A stretch of DNA of 63,250 nt, counting the filler, from Octopus bimaculoides (taxonomy: Eukaryota): assembly GCF_001194135.2 (NCBI RefSeq). It is 4 parts of 4 records of this genome, joined end to end, with 100 filler letters (N's around TTAATTAATTAA, not from the genome) between each part and the next. Parts side by side here need not be neighbours in the genome. Positions count along the whole stretch, not along the records: positions 22,918 to 50,293 come from NC_068981.1; positions 50,394 to 63,250 come from NC_068986.1; 2 more parts are not named here. One strand, given 5' to 3'. Below the pieces are notes generated by a model. That model ran no database searches and was not told the origin of the DNA. It saw only the letters and a program-made list of their open reading frames with translations. The translations under genes and the position numbers were made by a program. The stretch's first letter is position 1. Every line of letters starts with the position of its first letter. Below are positions 39,916 through 52,058 of the stretch, in pieces.

Positions 39916-40182
39916 AGTAATTTTATAATATATTTATAATTCCACAACGGCATAAAATAAAGAATACCACAGAAATATTCAAGATTTTGATTATATTAAT
40001 AGTGGTTACTTTCCACGGTGTTATAGCAAATAAAAGAACATCACAGGAAACACTGATAGTTGTTGGCATCTGAAAATTAATATCTTGAGCATTTTATTAG
40101 GCAGATATCATAGTTGGACATATGCGGCTAATTTCAATAATAGACACGCAAATTCGTGAAGCATTCCATATTTTTTTTAATA

Positions 40183-40345
40183 GGCGTAGGAGTGGCTGTG
40201 CGGTAAGTAGCTTGCTTACCAACCACATGGTTCCGGGTTCAGTCCCACTGCGTGGCACCTTGGGCAAGTGTCTTCTACTGTAGCCTCGGGCCGACCAAAG
40301 CCTTGTGAGTGGATTTGGTAGACGGAAACTGAAAGATGCCCGTCA

Positions 40346-40380
<35 letters not shown>

Positions 40381-40393
40381 ATGNNNNNNNNNN

Positions 40394-40426
<33 letters not shown>

Positions 40427-40642
40427 ATGTGCCTGTGTTTGCCCCCCCCCCACCCAACATCGCTTGACAACCGATGCTGGTGTGTTTACGTCCCCGTACC
40501 TTAGCGTTACGGCAAAAGAGACCGATAGAATAAGTACTAGGCTTACAAAGAATAAGTCCTGGGGTTGATTTGCTAGACTAAAGGCAGTACTCCAGTATGG
40601 CCACAATCAAATTACAGAAACAAGTAAAAGAGTAAAAGAGTA
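40183..40642 (+). mobile_element. SINE family A, full length
   Basis: Same head, body and tail as 41610-42020; internal (GT)n with a small gap. Confidence 0.9.
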
Positions 40643-41609
40643 ACAGATACCTCAACGTACAGTCGTATATACTCTCGAGGTCGGATACTACAATGCAAAC
40701 ATCAATAGAATTGAAAGGCAGTAGAGATGGACAAAAGAGATGAATTTAACCTTGCAGCTACAAGGCCATTATAAATGCTCCAACATTGCACAGATGACCA
40801 ATGCCTTGAGCAACACCTGTACAGAATGACGCAAAGCTGATCAGCGAAAAGAATTTTCACCACAAGGTCGATAACAATAAACATTTTAACAGATTATATC
40901 GATTGAAGAAGTAAGAAATGGAGGTTGTAAAGAGCGAGTGATACATTGTATTGAGCACTGCTGTGATAGGAAAGTGTTGTTGGTGATGTCAGTAATATAA
41001 ATAATGACAATTTAAAAGTTAACGGTGGGTATAAGAATAACAATGTTAATGATATCATTACGTGTATACGATGTAGTCATTTATAGACATACAGAATATA
41101 TAGACGACAGGTAGCACGGATCGTCAGTGGCGAGTAATCCAATATGTATAACTACTCGTCCATATTCCAGAGGAACTGAATAGGAAGTCGGCAATGAATA
41201 CAAACAATCTCGATGTATATAAAATTAAGTAGAACATGCTCAACCTCACATGCTCAGTTATATTTTCAGTCTTACATCAACCTTAAATAAGAAAGAAAAA
41301 CAAGAAAACCGTTTTTATCACAGATGAAAAAAATGTGTTCCTGAAGTTCCAAAATTCACTTCTTTTTGTGACATACGATCATATCCACAATTACAAGCTT
41401 TACTAAATGTCTTTCTTTCTTTTCTTTTTTTCTTTTTTTTTTTTTTGATATGGACGATTTGGTGACGTCGAGAACCACTAGTTTTCTTGAAATGTTTATT
41501 TTTATTTTCCTATGTACAGCAGACAGGCTTTCAAAAAAAAAATCATTTGCCCTTAAATACCAACAGAGATCAATGAATGCTTTAAGTAATTTAAGAAACT
41601 AATTTCATA

Positions 41610-42020
41610 AGCGCAGGAGTGGCTGTGTGGTAAGTAGCTTGCTTACCAACCACATGGTTCTGGGTTCAGTCCCACTGCGTGGCACCTTGGGTAAGTGTCT
41701 TCTGCTATAGCCTCGGGCCGACCAAAGCCTTGTGAGTGGATTTGGTAGACGGAAACTGAAAGAAGCCCGTCGTATATATGTATATATATATATATATGTA
41801 TGTGTGTGTATATATTTGTGCCTCTGTGTGTGTCCCCCCAACATCGCTTGACAACCGATGCTGGTGTGTTTACGTCCCCGTAACTTAGCGGTTCGGCAAA
41901 AGAGTCTGATAGAATAAGTACTAGGCTTTCAAAGAATAAGTCCTGGGGTTGATTTGCTCGACTAAACGCGGTTCTCCAGCATGGCCATGGTCAAATGACT
42001 GAAAAGAGAAAAAGAGTAAA
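41610..42020 (+). mobile_element. SINE family A, full length
   Basis: Near-identical to 40183-40642. Confidence 0.9.
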
Positions 42021-43009
42021 GCGTGTATCATGCCGGTGCCTGGCCATATAAGCGAGTTAAACATCTTCCTTAATGTTTGTGTGTTCATAGTAATCGAAAA
42101 TGTAGATTTAAATAAAGAATGTATTATTACTGCAGATAAGAGTGGCCAAAATACAATAGAATATTGGCACGCTAAATTAAATACTGTAACGTTCAAGATA
42201 ATACTTCAAAAAAAATTAAGAACATATGTATAGCATAAACAATGAATAAATATGATTGTAAATATTAGAATTCTTGAAGGTAATAGATACCTGTCTTAAA
42301 TAATAGAAATGTGGTTCTTTCAAAATTATTTCTTTGAAACTAACCTCCACAAATTCTAAAGAACGATAATTACGTAGAGGGGGATAAGATAATTATGGAT
42401 GAGAAATTAGAGAAGTTTAGGAAACTGATATTGAAAAAGTATGTAAGTACAATAAAAATACTGATTAGAAGACAATAGAAATCGCCAACAATAGAAATTG
42501 AAAAGGTATCTCCTATAAACGCTGGAGATATGAAACTTGCCGTAAACTTCGGTAAGTTGTACTGATAATGTTCAAAAGTACTGAAGGGTATAATTTAACG
42601 TAGAATAAAACCAGATAAACTTCAGTGTTATACTCTCTGGAATTTATGCATAGGAACCAACAGATTTCAGATAATAATCCAGGCGACATGTTTCCATGGT
42701 AAAGCTTTTTCTTTTTTTTTAAATATAGCATTAATAACCAACACTGCAATACCAGAAAAATTATCTGTGCAGAATAACATCGAATGAATATACTTCCAAT
42801 AAGGAATGATTAGAGTTGCATAGAAAAGAAATGACAGAAGGAATTAGACCAACTTAGTTTTTGCACTATAAATATTATGGCAACGATCCTAATTAGAACA
42901 ACTTAAACGATACACAACCTCTTCAGTAAGCATCTAATTTGAAAAAGAAACGTAATATAGAGTTTTAGCTTAAGTTAGGTTACAAATAGCAACTTCTTTG
43001 GGAGGAGCA

Positions 43010-43284
43010 CTCCGTCGATTACGAAGACGAGGGTCCCAGCTGATACGATCAACGGAACAGATTGTACCCCTAACGTAGTTCTCAGGAAGATTCAGCGTGA
43101 CACAGTGTGTGACAAAGCCCCGGCCCTTTGAAATACAGGTACTACTCAATTTTGCCAGCTGAGCGGACCGGAGCAACGTGAAATAAAGTGCCTTGCTCAA
43201 GGACACAACGCGTCGCTGGGAATTGAACTCACGACCATACGATCGTGAGCCGAATACCCTAACCACTAAGCCACGTGCCTTCAC
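43010..43284 (-). mobile_element. SINE family C
   Basis: Aligns with 15985-16300, with a small internal deletion. Confidence 0.9.
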
Positions 43285-43955
43285 TAGCAACTCCTTTAAT
43301 AGTCTTTTAAAACATATTCTGTAACACATGTTCACTTACGTGGAATATTGTTTTTGACCAAACGCATCTAACAGTTGACATTTCGTCTTGTATTCCTAGG
43401 AGGAATTTGTCCTGGTACCGTTTGAAGTCTATGGGGTCATTCTTTGATTTGTTCCGAAAAAATGGTGAATAGATAAGGAGCAGGTGAGTTAAAGAATATT
43501 TAGATGCAATGTTATGTAATATGAGCTCATTTTGTTTACAGGGGCGTACGACAAGCGTTCCAAGCTTTAGGTTATCGTTTGGTCAATGATCATGTAATAT
43601 TTTCCACATTGCACAAAATGATGCAGCGCTCCCAGTAATGTTAAATAGAATAGAGTTTGGATTTTTTGAGGTCATCACAATAATTGAGGCCCGTCGTGCC
43701 GTTTTGTTTCTATAACTGATCTCTGCTGTGCTTCAGTTCTCATAAATGTTTTGCAGTCTGTAACAATATTAATGTAACAACATGAATACTTTTCTCCAAT
43801 AAGATAAAATCTAGAACTCCATCAAACTGGTCTGACTCTGTATGCAATAATTGGTCCATAGAGAAGTCCATGAAAGAATTTGAATACTTCAGATGTCGCA
43901 TGGCCTGATCAAGCTAAACTTTCGGGTCCTTGTACAACGTCTGCGAAAGAGAAAT

Positions 43956-44004
<49 letters not shown>

Positions 44005-44424
44005 CAGACAGGTAGACAAATTGAAGGAGAAGATGCTGTTGTTTCTTTAGCAAACACATTGAAAGATTACCATCAAAGATAAACATGGATATGTTTCAGA
44101 AAATAGCAGCATTGGGGAAGGAACACATTATTAGAACATTTCTCCCTACATGTTATTTATTAACCCAGTGATTTCCCCCTCTCTCGGATATACTTAATTC
44201 GTTTTAATGTAAGTAAAGTCTTTTTCTCATACTGCAAATATGTAAATATTTAAGAAACAGAAAGAACAATAATGATTGTTTTAAAATGTAAAAATAAAGC
44301 ATTATCAAGAAAATGAGAGAAAAAGAAAAACCTAAATAGCAACATAAAACCAAAAGACAAATGAATTGTTCTATAATACGAAAGTAACAAGAAAAGTGAT
44401 GAAACGCACACGTACATATATATA

Positions 44425-44585
44425 TATATAGTGAGAATTTTTAAAAAATAACAAAAGATGAAGACTGGTGTGTAAACAACAAACAGATGTATTAGTTTAA
44501 CGCTCGGGAAGTGAGAAAGTCTTTTACATTTCAAGCCTATGCTCTTCGACAGAAAAGAACACAAAAATAAACAGGGAGAGAAAAT
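44425..44585 (-). mobile_element. Second copy of the 11660-11830 repeat
   Basis: Reverse complement reads ctgtcgaagagcataggcttgaaatgtaaaagactttctcacttcccgagcgttaaactaatac, matching 11700-11770. Confidence 0.5.
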
Positions 44586-45444
44586 AGAAAAGGTTTAGTG
44601 GTTAGCGATCTATCATGACGAATGCCAGACAGAGGGGTCACACAGGAGAGTTAGGAAGAAGGGGAGATAATAAAGTTGTGGTGATCCCAAATCGAAGGTG
44701 CATGTGCGAGTGTATGTGAGAGCGTGTATGTGTGTGTGTGGAAGGGGGCTGGTGACCTTCAAGTGTGCGTGTGTGCATGTGTAGGTGTGTGGATGATGAT
44801 GTGCATGCTGGGAAGTGGTCAGTGCTAGTGCGTGCAGAGTGGTGTGATGTATGGTGTGGTATGGTGGTGTTTGGTGTGGTGGTGTGTCGTTTGGTGATGG
44901 GGGAGACGAGAATGAGGAAAGCAAGGATGGAGGTCTAAGCGATGGGGTGGGGAGGAGTGGGTTGTATAGGGATGGTGGGATGTATAGGGATGGTGGGATA
45001 TATAGGGATGGTGGGATGGGATGTATTGGAATGTGCAGGGATGGGGTAACGAGGGAGGGGGTGACGATGAAGGGAGAGGGTGGAAGGGAGAAGGTGGTCA
45101 GGTGTGAAGAGAGGAAGTAGATGTCAGAGCAAGAGAGGGGAGGTGGGTGGCAGGAAGTAAGTGTGAACGGAAGAGAAGAGTGAGGAGGGTTACATGAAAA
45201 AGGGAGGAGAGTTCGGCCAATGTGGCGAAAAGAAACTAAGAGAGAAGATTAATCCTTGCTCACGGCAAGGACGGGAGTCAGGATGACCCCTGTGCCAGGA
45301 CAATCCGAATACAGGTGTTGTAAAAAATAACCGGTAGAGCGGAAATGGCGTGAGACCGGAATGTCGTTGCCGAGTCTGATGTCTATATATACTATACTAT
45401 CTATACTATACTACATATGTGAGTATATACATACATACATATGC

Positions 45445-45490
<46 letters not shown>

Positions 45491-46879
45491 NNNNNNNNNN
45501 NNNNNNNNNNNNNNNNNNNNNNNNNNNNNNNNNNNNNNNNNNNNNNNNNNNNNNNNNNNNNNNNNNNNNNNNNNNNNNNNNNNNNNNNNNNNNNNNNNNN
45601 NNNNNNNNNNNNNNNNNNNNNNNNNNNNNNNNNNNNNNNNNNNNNNNNNNNNNNNNNNNNNNNNNNNNNNNNNNNNNNNNNNNNNNNNNNNNNNNNNNNN
45701 NNNNNNNNNNNNNNNNNNNNNNNNNNNNNNNNNNNNNNNNNNNNNNNNNNNNNNNNNNNNNNNNNNNNNNNNNNNNNNNNNNNNNNNNNNNNNNNNNNNN
45801 NNNNNNNNNNNNNNNNNNNNNNNNNNNNNNNNNNNNNNNNNNNNNNNNNNNNNNNNNNNNNNNNNNNNNNNNNNNNNNNNNNNNNNNNNNNNNNNNNNNN
45901 NNNNNNNNNNNNNNNNNNNNNNNNNNNNNNNNNNNNNNNNNNNNNNNNNNNNNNNNNNNNNNNNNNNNNNNNNNNNNNNNNNNNNNNNNNNNNNNNNNNN
46001 NNNNNNNNNNNNNNNNNNNNNNNNNNNNNNNNNNNNNNNNNNNNNNNNNNNNNNNNNNNNNNNNNNNNNNNNNNNNNNNNNNNNNNNNNNNNNNNNNNNN
46101 NNNNNNNNNNNNNNNNNNNNNNNNNNNNNNTGTATACATGTATATCCTCCAAATTCTCCATTTTATTTTCATATGTATAGATGCGAATATATATAGTTGT
46201 GTAATTATGTATGTGCACGCATGAGTGTGTGTGTGTCTGTGCTAGTGTGTGTGTGTGTGTGTGTGTGTGCACAGTATTTCCATTTTAGAATTTACGATCA
46301 GCTTCAGCATAGGTCTTCGAGTTGTGCCACTATTTGCATGGAATCCTAATTAAAGGGACACTTGGAATGAAGAAGACTGGAAAAAAAATTACTGAATTCC
46401 ACGAAACAAGATAACGAATATTTTTCTCCTGTCTTGATTCATTTGACTTACTTCTCTATCGTTGAATTGTTGCTGGCGAGATTAGTATTTCTAACATTAT
46501 TATTTCATAGACATTGAGGAGGAGAAGAAGAAGGAGGAGGAGGAGAAAGAGATGGAGAAGAAGGTGGAGGAGGAGGAATTTCATAGACATCGAGGAGGAG
46601 GAGGTAGATTTGAGTAAAAAAAGACGATGGGTCTATTTATTTTCTTATTGATTTATTTGTTTTCTGTTTATTTTCGTTGTTGTTTGTTTTTGTTTTGCTA
46701 TGGGGAGCTTGGCTTTCTTTGGGTCTTTGTTTTTTTTAGTAATTTTTTTTATATAAAATTACTTTCCCGTTAATATTTTTTTTCTCCTTCTTTTTTGGAA
46801 TTGTTGAAGATGAAAAAAATTGAATGTCATAGTTCATGAGTGATCTTTAGATACAATATGAGGTGAGGGGATGGGAACG

Positions 46880-46961
46880 GGTGTGTGTACGTGCGTGTAT
46901 ACATATATATACATATATATACACACACATATATATATACATATATGTATGTAGGTATTTA

Positions 46962-47026
<65 letters not shown>

Positions 47027-47081
47027 TTGTGTAGATATATATATATATATATGTATATATATACATATATGAATATATATA

Positions 47082-47126
<45 letters not shown>

Positions 47127-47217
47127 TAGGTATGTATATGTGTATTCATGTGTGTGTATGTATATATATAAATATATATATGTACATATTTGTATGTATT
47201 ATGTATATGTACTTATG

Positions 47218-47248
<31 letters not shown>

Positions 47249-47330
47249 GTATGTATGTGTGTATGTATGTTTGTATGTATGTGTGCATGTATGTATATAT
47301 GTATGTATGTGTGTATGTTTGTATGTATGT
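46880..47330. repeat. Compound (TA)n/(TATG)n/(TG)n microsatellite
   Basis: Directly visible. Confidence 0.95.
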
Positions 47331-47765
47331 CTACGAATGCAGATGTGTATCAGAGTGTGGGTATAGGAGGCCGGTTACAATGATCGCTTGTGCTGTGTTT
47401 TGGTGTGTGAAAGTGAGTGTTTGTGTGAAATCTTTTCAGTGTGTGTATATTTTTGAGCTTCGTCGTCTGTCTGCGGCGTTTAAAACAGTGTATTTGTGCC
47501 GTGCAGTTTCAGTATATACGTAAACATTCTTTGCAACGATTACCTAAGCGTCTTCGTTAGGAATGTTTAAAGATCCACTAGTATCCCCGTGCCGTCAAAA
47601 TTAAGAGCTTGAAAGATTTTGTCCCTGAAAGTTGTACTCTTCGTTTTTTGTGGCATTCAATATGACTAATACATTTAATTAAATGATTTAGCTGGACAGA
47701 AAAGTAATACACACGTACATACTGATGTATATAAGTCTGTTTGTGTGTGTCTGCGTGTATTTGTG

Positions 47766-48005
47766 TGGAGGTGCATGGATTAGCGCTTAGCATATTGGAC
47801 TCATGATCAAAAGGTTGGGTCTACGATTCTTGGACCGAATGATGCGTTGTTTTCTTGAGCAAAACACTTCATTTCACGTTGCTCCAGTTCACTCAGCTGG
47901 CAAAAATGAGTAATCCTGTGACGGATTGGAATCCCGTCCAGGGGAGAATATATACGACATATACGACAGAGAAACAGGGAAAACGATCGTATGCATTGTG
48001 GACGA
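47766..48005 (+). mobile_element. SINE family C variant
   Basis: gcgttgttttcttgagcaaaacacttcatttcacgttgctccagttcactcagctggc. Confidence 0.75.
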
Positions 48006-48425
48006 ACTATATACATACATACATACATACATACATACATGCACACACACACACACACATATATATNNNNNNNNNNNNNNNNNNNNNNNNNNNNNNNNNN
48101 NNNNNNNNNNNNNNNNNNNNNNNNNNNNNNNNNNNNNNNNNNNNNNNNNNNNNNNNNNNNNNNNNNNNNNNNNNNNNNNNNNNNNNNNNNNNNNNNNNNN
48201 NNNNNNNNNNNNNNNNNNNNNNNNNNNNNNNNNNNNNNNNNNNNNNNNNNNNNNNNNNNNNNNNNNNNNNNNNNNNNNNNNNNNNNNNNNNNNNNNNNNN
48301 NNNNNNNNNNNNNNNNNNNNNNNNNNNNNNNNNNNNNNNNNNNNNNNNNNNNNNNNNNNNNNNNNNNNNNNNNNNNNNNNNNNNNNNNNNNNNNNNNNNN
48401 NNNNNNNNNNNNNNNNNNNNNNNNN

Positions 48426-48469
<44 letters not shown>

Positions 48470-49205
48470 AATGTGTATATATATTTAGCGGGCTGGATGT
48501 GAGATATGATATAAGGTTGATATAATGTAATCCATTGCTAAATGGTTCTCGCGTCGGAATAACCAGTGAACATTGGAGATTCAACTCCAAGAAGGAAGAA
48601 ATATTATTTACATACATTTATTCGTTTGCCCGACAGGTAGTTAAAGAGACAGCAGCAATTTTAGTGATAATGAGAACACGGTTGGCTCATTGGTTAGTAG
48701 TTGATAGTGCAGAAAAAGGTTGTCTGTCAGTAGACAGTGAAAGAGTAAGGAAAGCACGGTGCTGACTAGAAAGGAAGAAAGTTTTAAGGTGGCATCGCCT
48801 TTCTTGCGGTCGAAAGCCTATCTTCGCATGTCGAACGAAGAGCGAAGGAAAGTGCTGCTCTTGGTTAAGGCTGAAGCAAAATTCGGGGCTGCTCCTCTGT
48901 CTGGCTGACATAAAAGGGCGCGCTGCTCATTGATCTGGCTGGCACAAAAGAGAGGATGTTGCCCCTTTGTCATAGCTGACACATGAGTGAAAGAGATAGG
49001 AAATTCTCTCTGTTATATAGACTGTGGTCAGTAATGTAGCTGAAACAGTAATCAAAGGACTGACCTATCCTTGACCAGCACAGGTCCTAAGGGGTCGAGT
49101 GTTTCCTCATCAATCATCTAGTGTGCAGAGGGTTTCCCACTTGTTTCGATAAGCAGCAAGCGGGTGGATTTGCTTTCAAATCTCAGGCAAAGTCAAGCTA
49201 GAACC

Positions 49206-49281
<76 letters not shown>

Positions 49282-49287
49282 ACACAT

Positions 49288-49326
<39 letters not shown>

Positions 49327-49330
49327 GTCA

Positions 49331-50018
49331 GAGTACAATATGCACCTGTTTCCATGAAAGAGGAGTTAAGAACCTCCCAAACCACGCATCGCTCATTATA
49401 TATAAACATGCACGGAGAATAAAGCAAATATATTTCTCCGAAGCAGTAATAAACCTAGCTGATGAGCTTTAAATGTTAGTTCGACACAAAAAGCGTAATC
49501 AATTGATATTAGGATGTCTATGCTCCCATTTGTATTTTACTATTTGCATTTTGGGCGATCCTTCGTTTTCACTCGAAAAATGTAAACAATGAATTCGGTA
49601 GTTTCCATGACCACGTGTTGTCTCGTCAACTGTCAGTTGACCTCTGTCAAATTGGGAAGAGAAAATTAATGGTCTGTGCGTGCTTGTTCCTTTGTGAGTG
49701 TTTGTGTGTGTGCCTGTTCTGTTTTTATGTATTTGTATTGCACACGCACCCACAAACAAGAACAAGCACGTACACACAGACAGAGGAACAACAGGTCAAC
49801 TGACAGTTGGCAAGACAACACGTGGTCACGGAAACTACCGAATTCATTGTTTACATTTTTCAGGTCAAAACGAACGATCGCCGCATTTTGCAAGTGGGAT
49901 AACTGTTTCGGAGAAATATATTTGCTTTATTCTTCGTACGTGTTTATATATAGTGAGAAATGCATGATTTTGGAGGGTTTTAACTCCTCTTTCAAGCAAT
50001 CAGGTGCATATTATACTC
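49331..50018. mobile_element. Foldback/MITE-like element with long terminal inverted repeats
   Basis: 49331-49448 is the reverse complement of ~49903-50018; ~49545-49643 is the reverse complement of ~49793-49896; the centre is also partly inverted. Confidence 0.8.
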
Positions 50019-50022
50019 CAAC

Positions 50023-50063
<41 letters not shown>

Positions 50064-50550
50064 TTATGTTTGACTTTTGTTTTGCATTTGTACAAGTTGG
50101 ATCCAAGTCTCACCCAGAGACCTCAAGAGACAACAAGTTAGAAGTTCATGTAGGTGTTATGCCTAGGGTACCATATATTTGGATTTGTACAGTTTTGTTC
50201 AAGTGAATGTTTAAGAAACCATAAGAAAATTATGTTTGCTTTAAAATTTGAGATCACATAGACAGTATTTTACGTAGGATATGGGCAGTTCCCNNNNNNN
50301 NNNNNNNNNNNNNNNNNNNNNNNNNNNNNNNNNNNNNTTAATTAATTAANNNNNNNNNNNNNNNNNNNNNNNNNNNNNNNNNNNNNNNNNNNNAGCACGT
50401 GACTGTTTTAGAACGTGATCGTGGCGTTCAAACTGGAAAGTTCCTGAAAAGTCACTCCTTTTTCCATGTATGCGCTCTCGCTACGGTTTGTTGTCTAACG
50501 GACAGGTTTGTTTTTGCCGATTGTCGAACGACTGCCATGTCTAGCAGACA

Positions 50551-50608
50551 GGTGTCCAGTACTGAGGAAGGGTAAGACCCTGAAACCAGTTCTGGTCTAC
50601 TGGTCACC
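50551..50608 (+). ncRNA. Type I hammerhead ribozyme motif, core intact
   Basis: Stem I CCAGTA(50556-61)/TACTGG(50598-603), extended by GGTG/CACC after a U.U mismatch. Core CTGAGGA 50562-68, stem II AGGG-taaga-CCCT, GAAA 50582-85, stem III ACCAG-tt-CTGGT, cleavage triplet GTC 50595-97. Confidence 0.8.
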
Positions 50609-51019
50609 GCTGGATGTGGAGGGAGGGCAGTTTCGCTTCCTTGCTCGTAATATATCGGACACGGGTTTTGTGTCGTTAACCAGCTGAAGGAGGTATCCAC
50701 CTGGGGTTAAAAAATAGTAGTAACATTGTTCCGTGCACAACAGCCATGTTGAAGTGGCAACAAACATTACTTTTCAGTAGAGTTAATACTTGCATCTCTT
50801 GTAGAGATTTTAGAACTAGCTACTTTGCTTGTTATAATACATATAACTCTTATCCAAGTAAAACCAGTTACCCGTTCTTTTTTTTCTTAGCTGGAATTTA
50901 GTCTGTTATATTTGATTAGTCTAGTACTCGTGGTCCAAATTACAGTCACAGTTACAGCTGCTTCTAATATAAGCACATGGCTGGTAATTTTGAACAGAGT
51001 GCTATCAGCGATTTTATCG

Positions 51020-51561
51020 ATCCCTGTACCTAATTGGTTTTTTATTTCGTCGACTCCGAAAAGCTGATAGGTAAAGTTAAACTCGGCGAAATTTGAACTC
51101 AAAACGTAAAGAACCCGAACAAATTTCGCCAGGAAGCATTTGCCCGCACTCTAATGATTCTGCAAATCTACCGCTCTATTGGTAATATCGGTTACATATT
51201 TTGGCACAAGGCCAGCAATTTCGTGGGAGGGCACAAGTCGATTACATCACAAACTAGTGCTGAACGAGTACTTATTTTATCGACCACGAAAAGATGAAAG
51301 GCAAAGTCGACCTCGATGGAATTTGAACTCAGAACGTTAAGACGAACGAAATGCCGCTATTTTGGCCCGGCGTGCTAACGATTCTACCAGCTCTCCATCT
51401 TTGATATTGGTGCTCAACTGGTACTTATGTTTTATTCAGCCGAAAGGATGAAAGGCAAAGTCGACCTCGGCGGAATTGGATCTCAGAAGGTAAGGACGGA
51501 TGAATTGCCGCTACGCATTTTGCTCGACTTGTAAACGATTCTGCCAGCTCGTCGCATTAAA

Positions 51562-51596
<35 letters not shown>

Positions 51597-52018
51597 NNNN
51601 NNNNNNNNNNNNNNNNNNNNNNNNNNNNNNNNNNNNNNNNNNNNNNNNNNNNNNNNNNNNNNNNNNNNNNNNNNNNNNNNNNNNNNNNNNNNNNNNAATA
51701 ATAATGATAATAATGGTTTCAAATTTTGGCACAAGGCCAGCAATTTAAGGGGATGGGCTAAGTTGATTACCTCGCCTCTCTGTTCAACTGGTACTTAATT
51801 TATTGATCCTGAAGAATGAAAGGCAAAGTTGACCTTGGCGGCATTGAACTCAGAACGGCGGACGAAATGCCGTGAAGCATTTTGTCCGACACTGTAACGA
51901 CTATGTCAGCTATCCACCTTAATAATTATTAAGCACAGGGCCTGAAATTTTGTTGCGTGGAGAAAGTCCATTACACCGACCCTAGTTGTCAACTGATACT
52001 TATTTTATCGACATGGAA

Positions 52019-52058
<40 letters not shown>

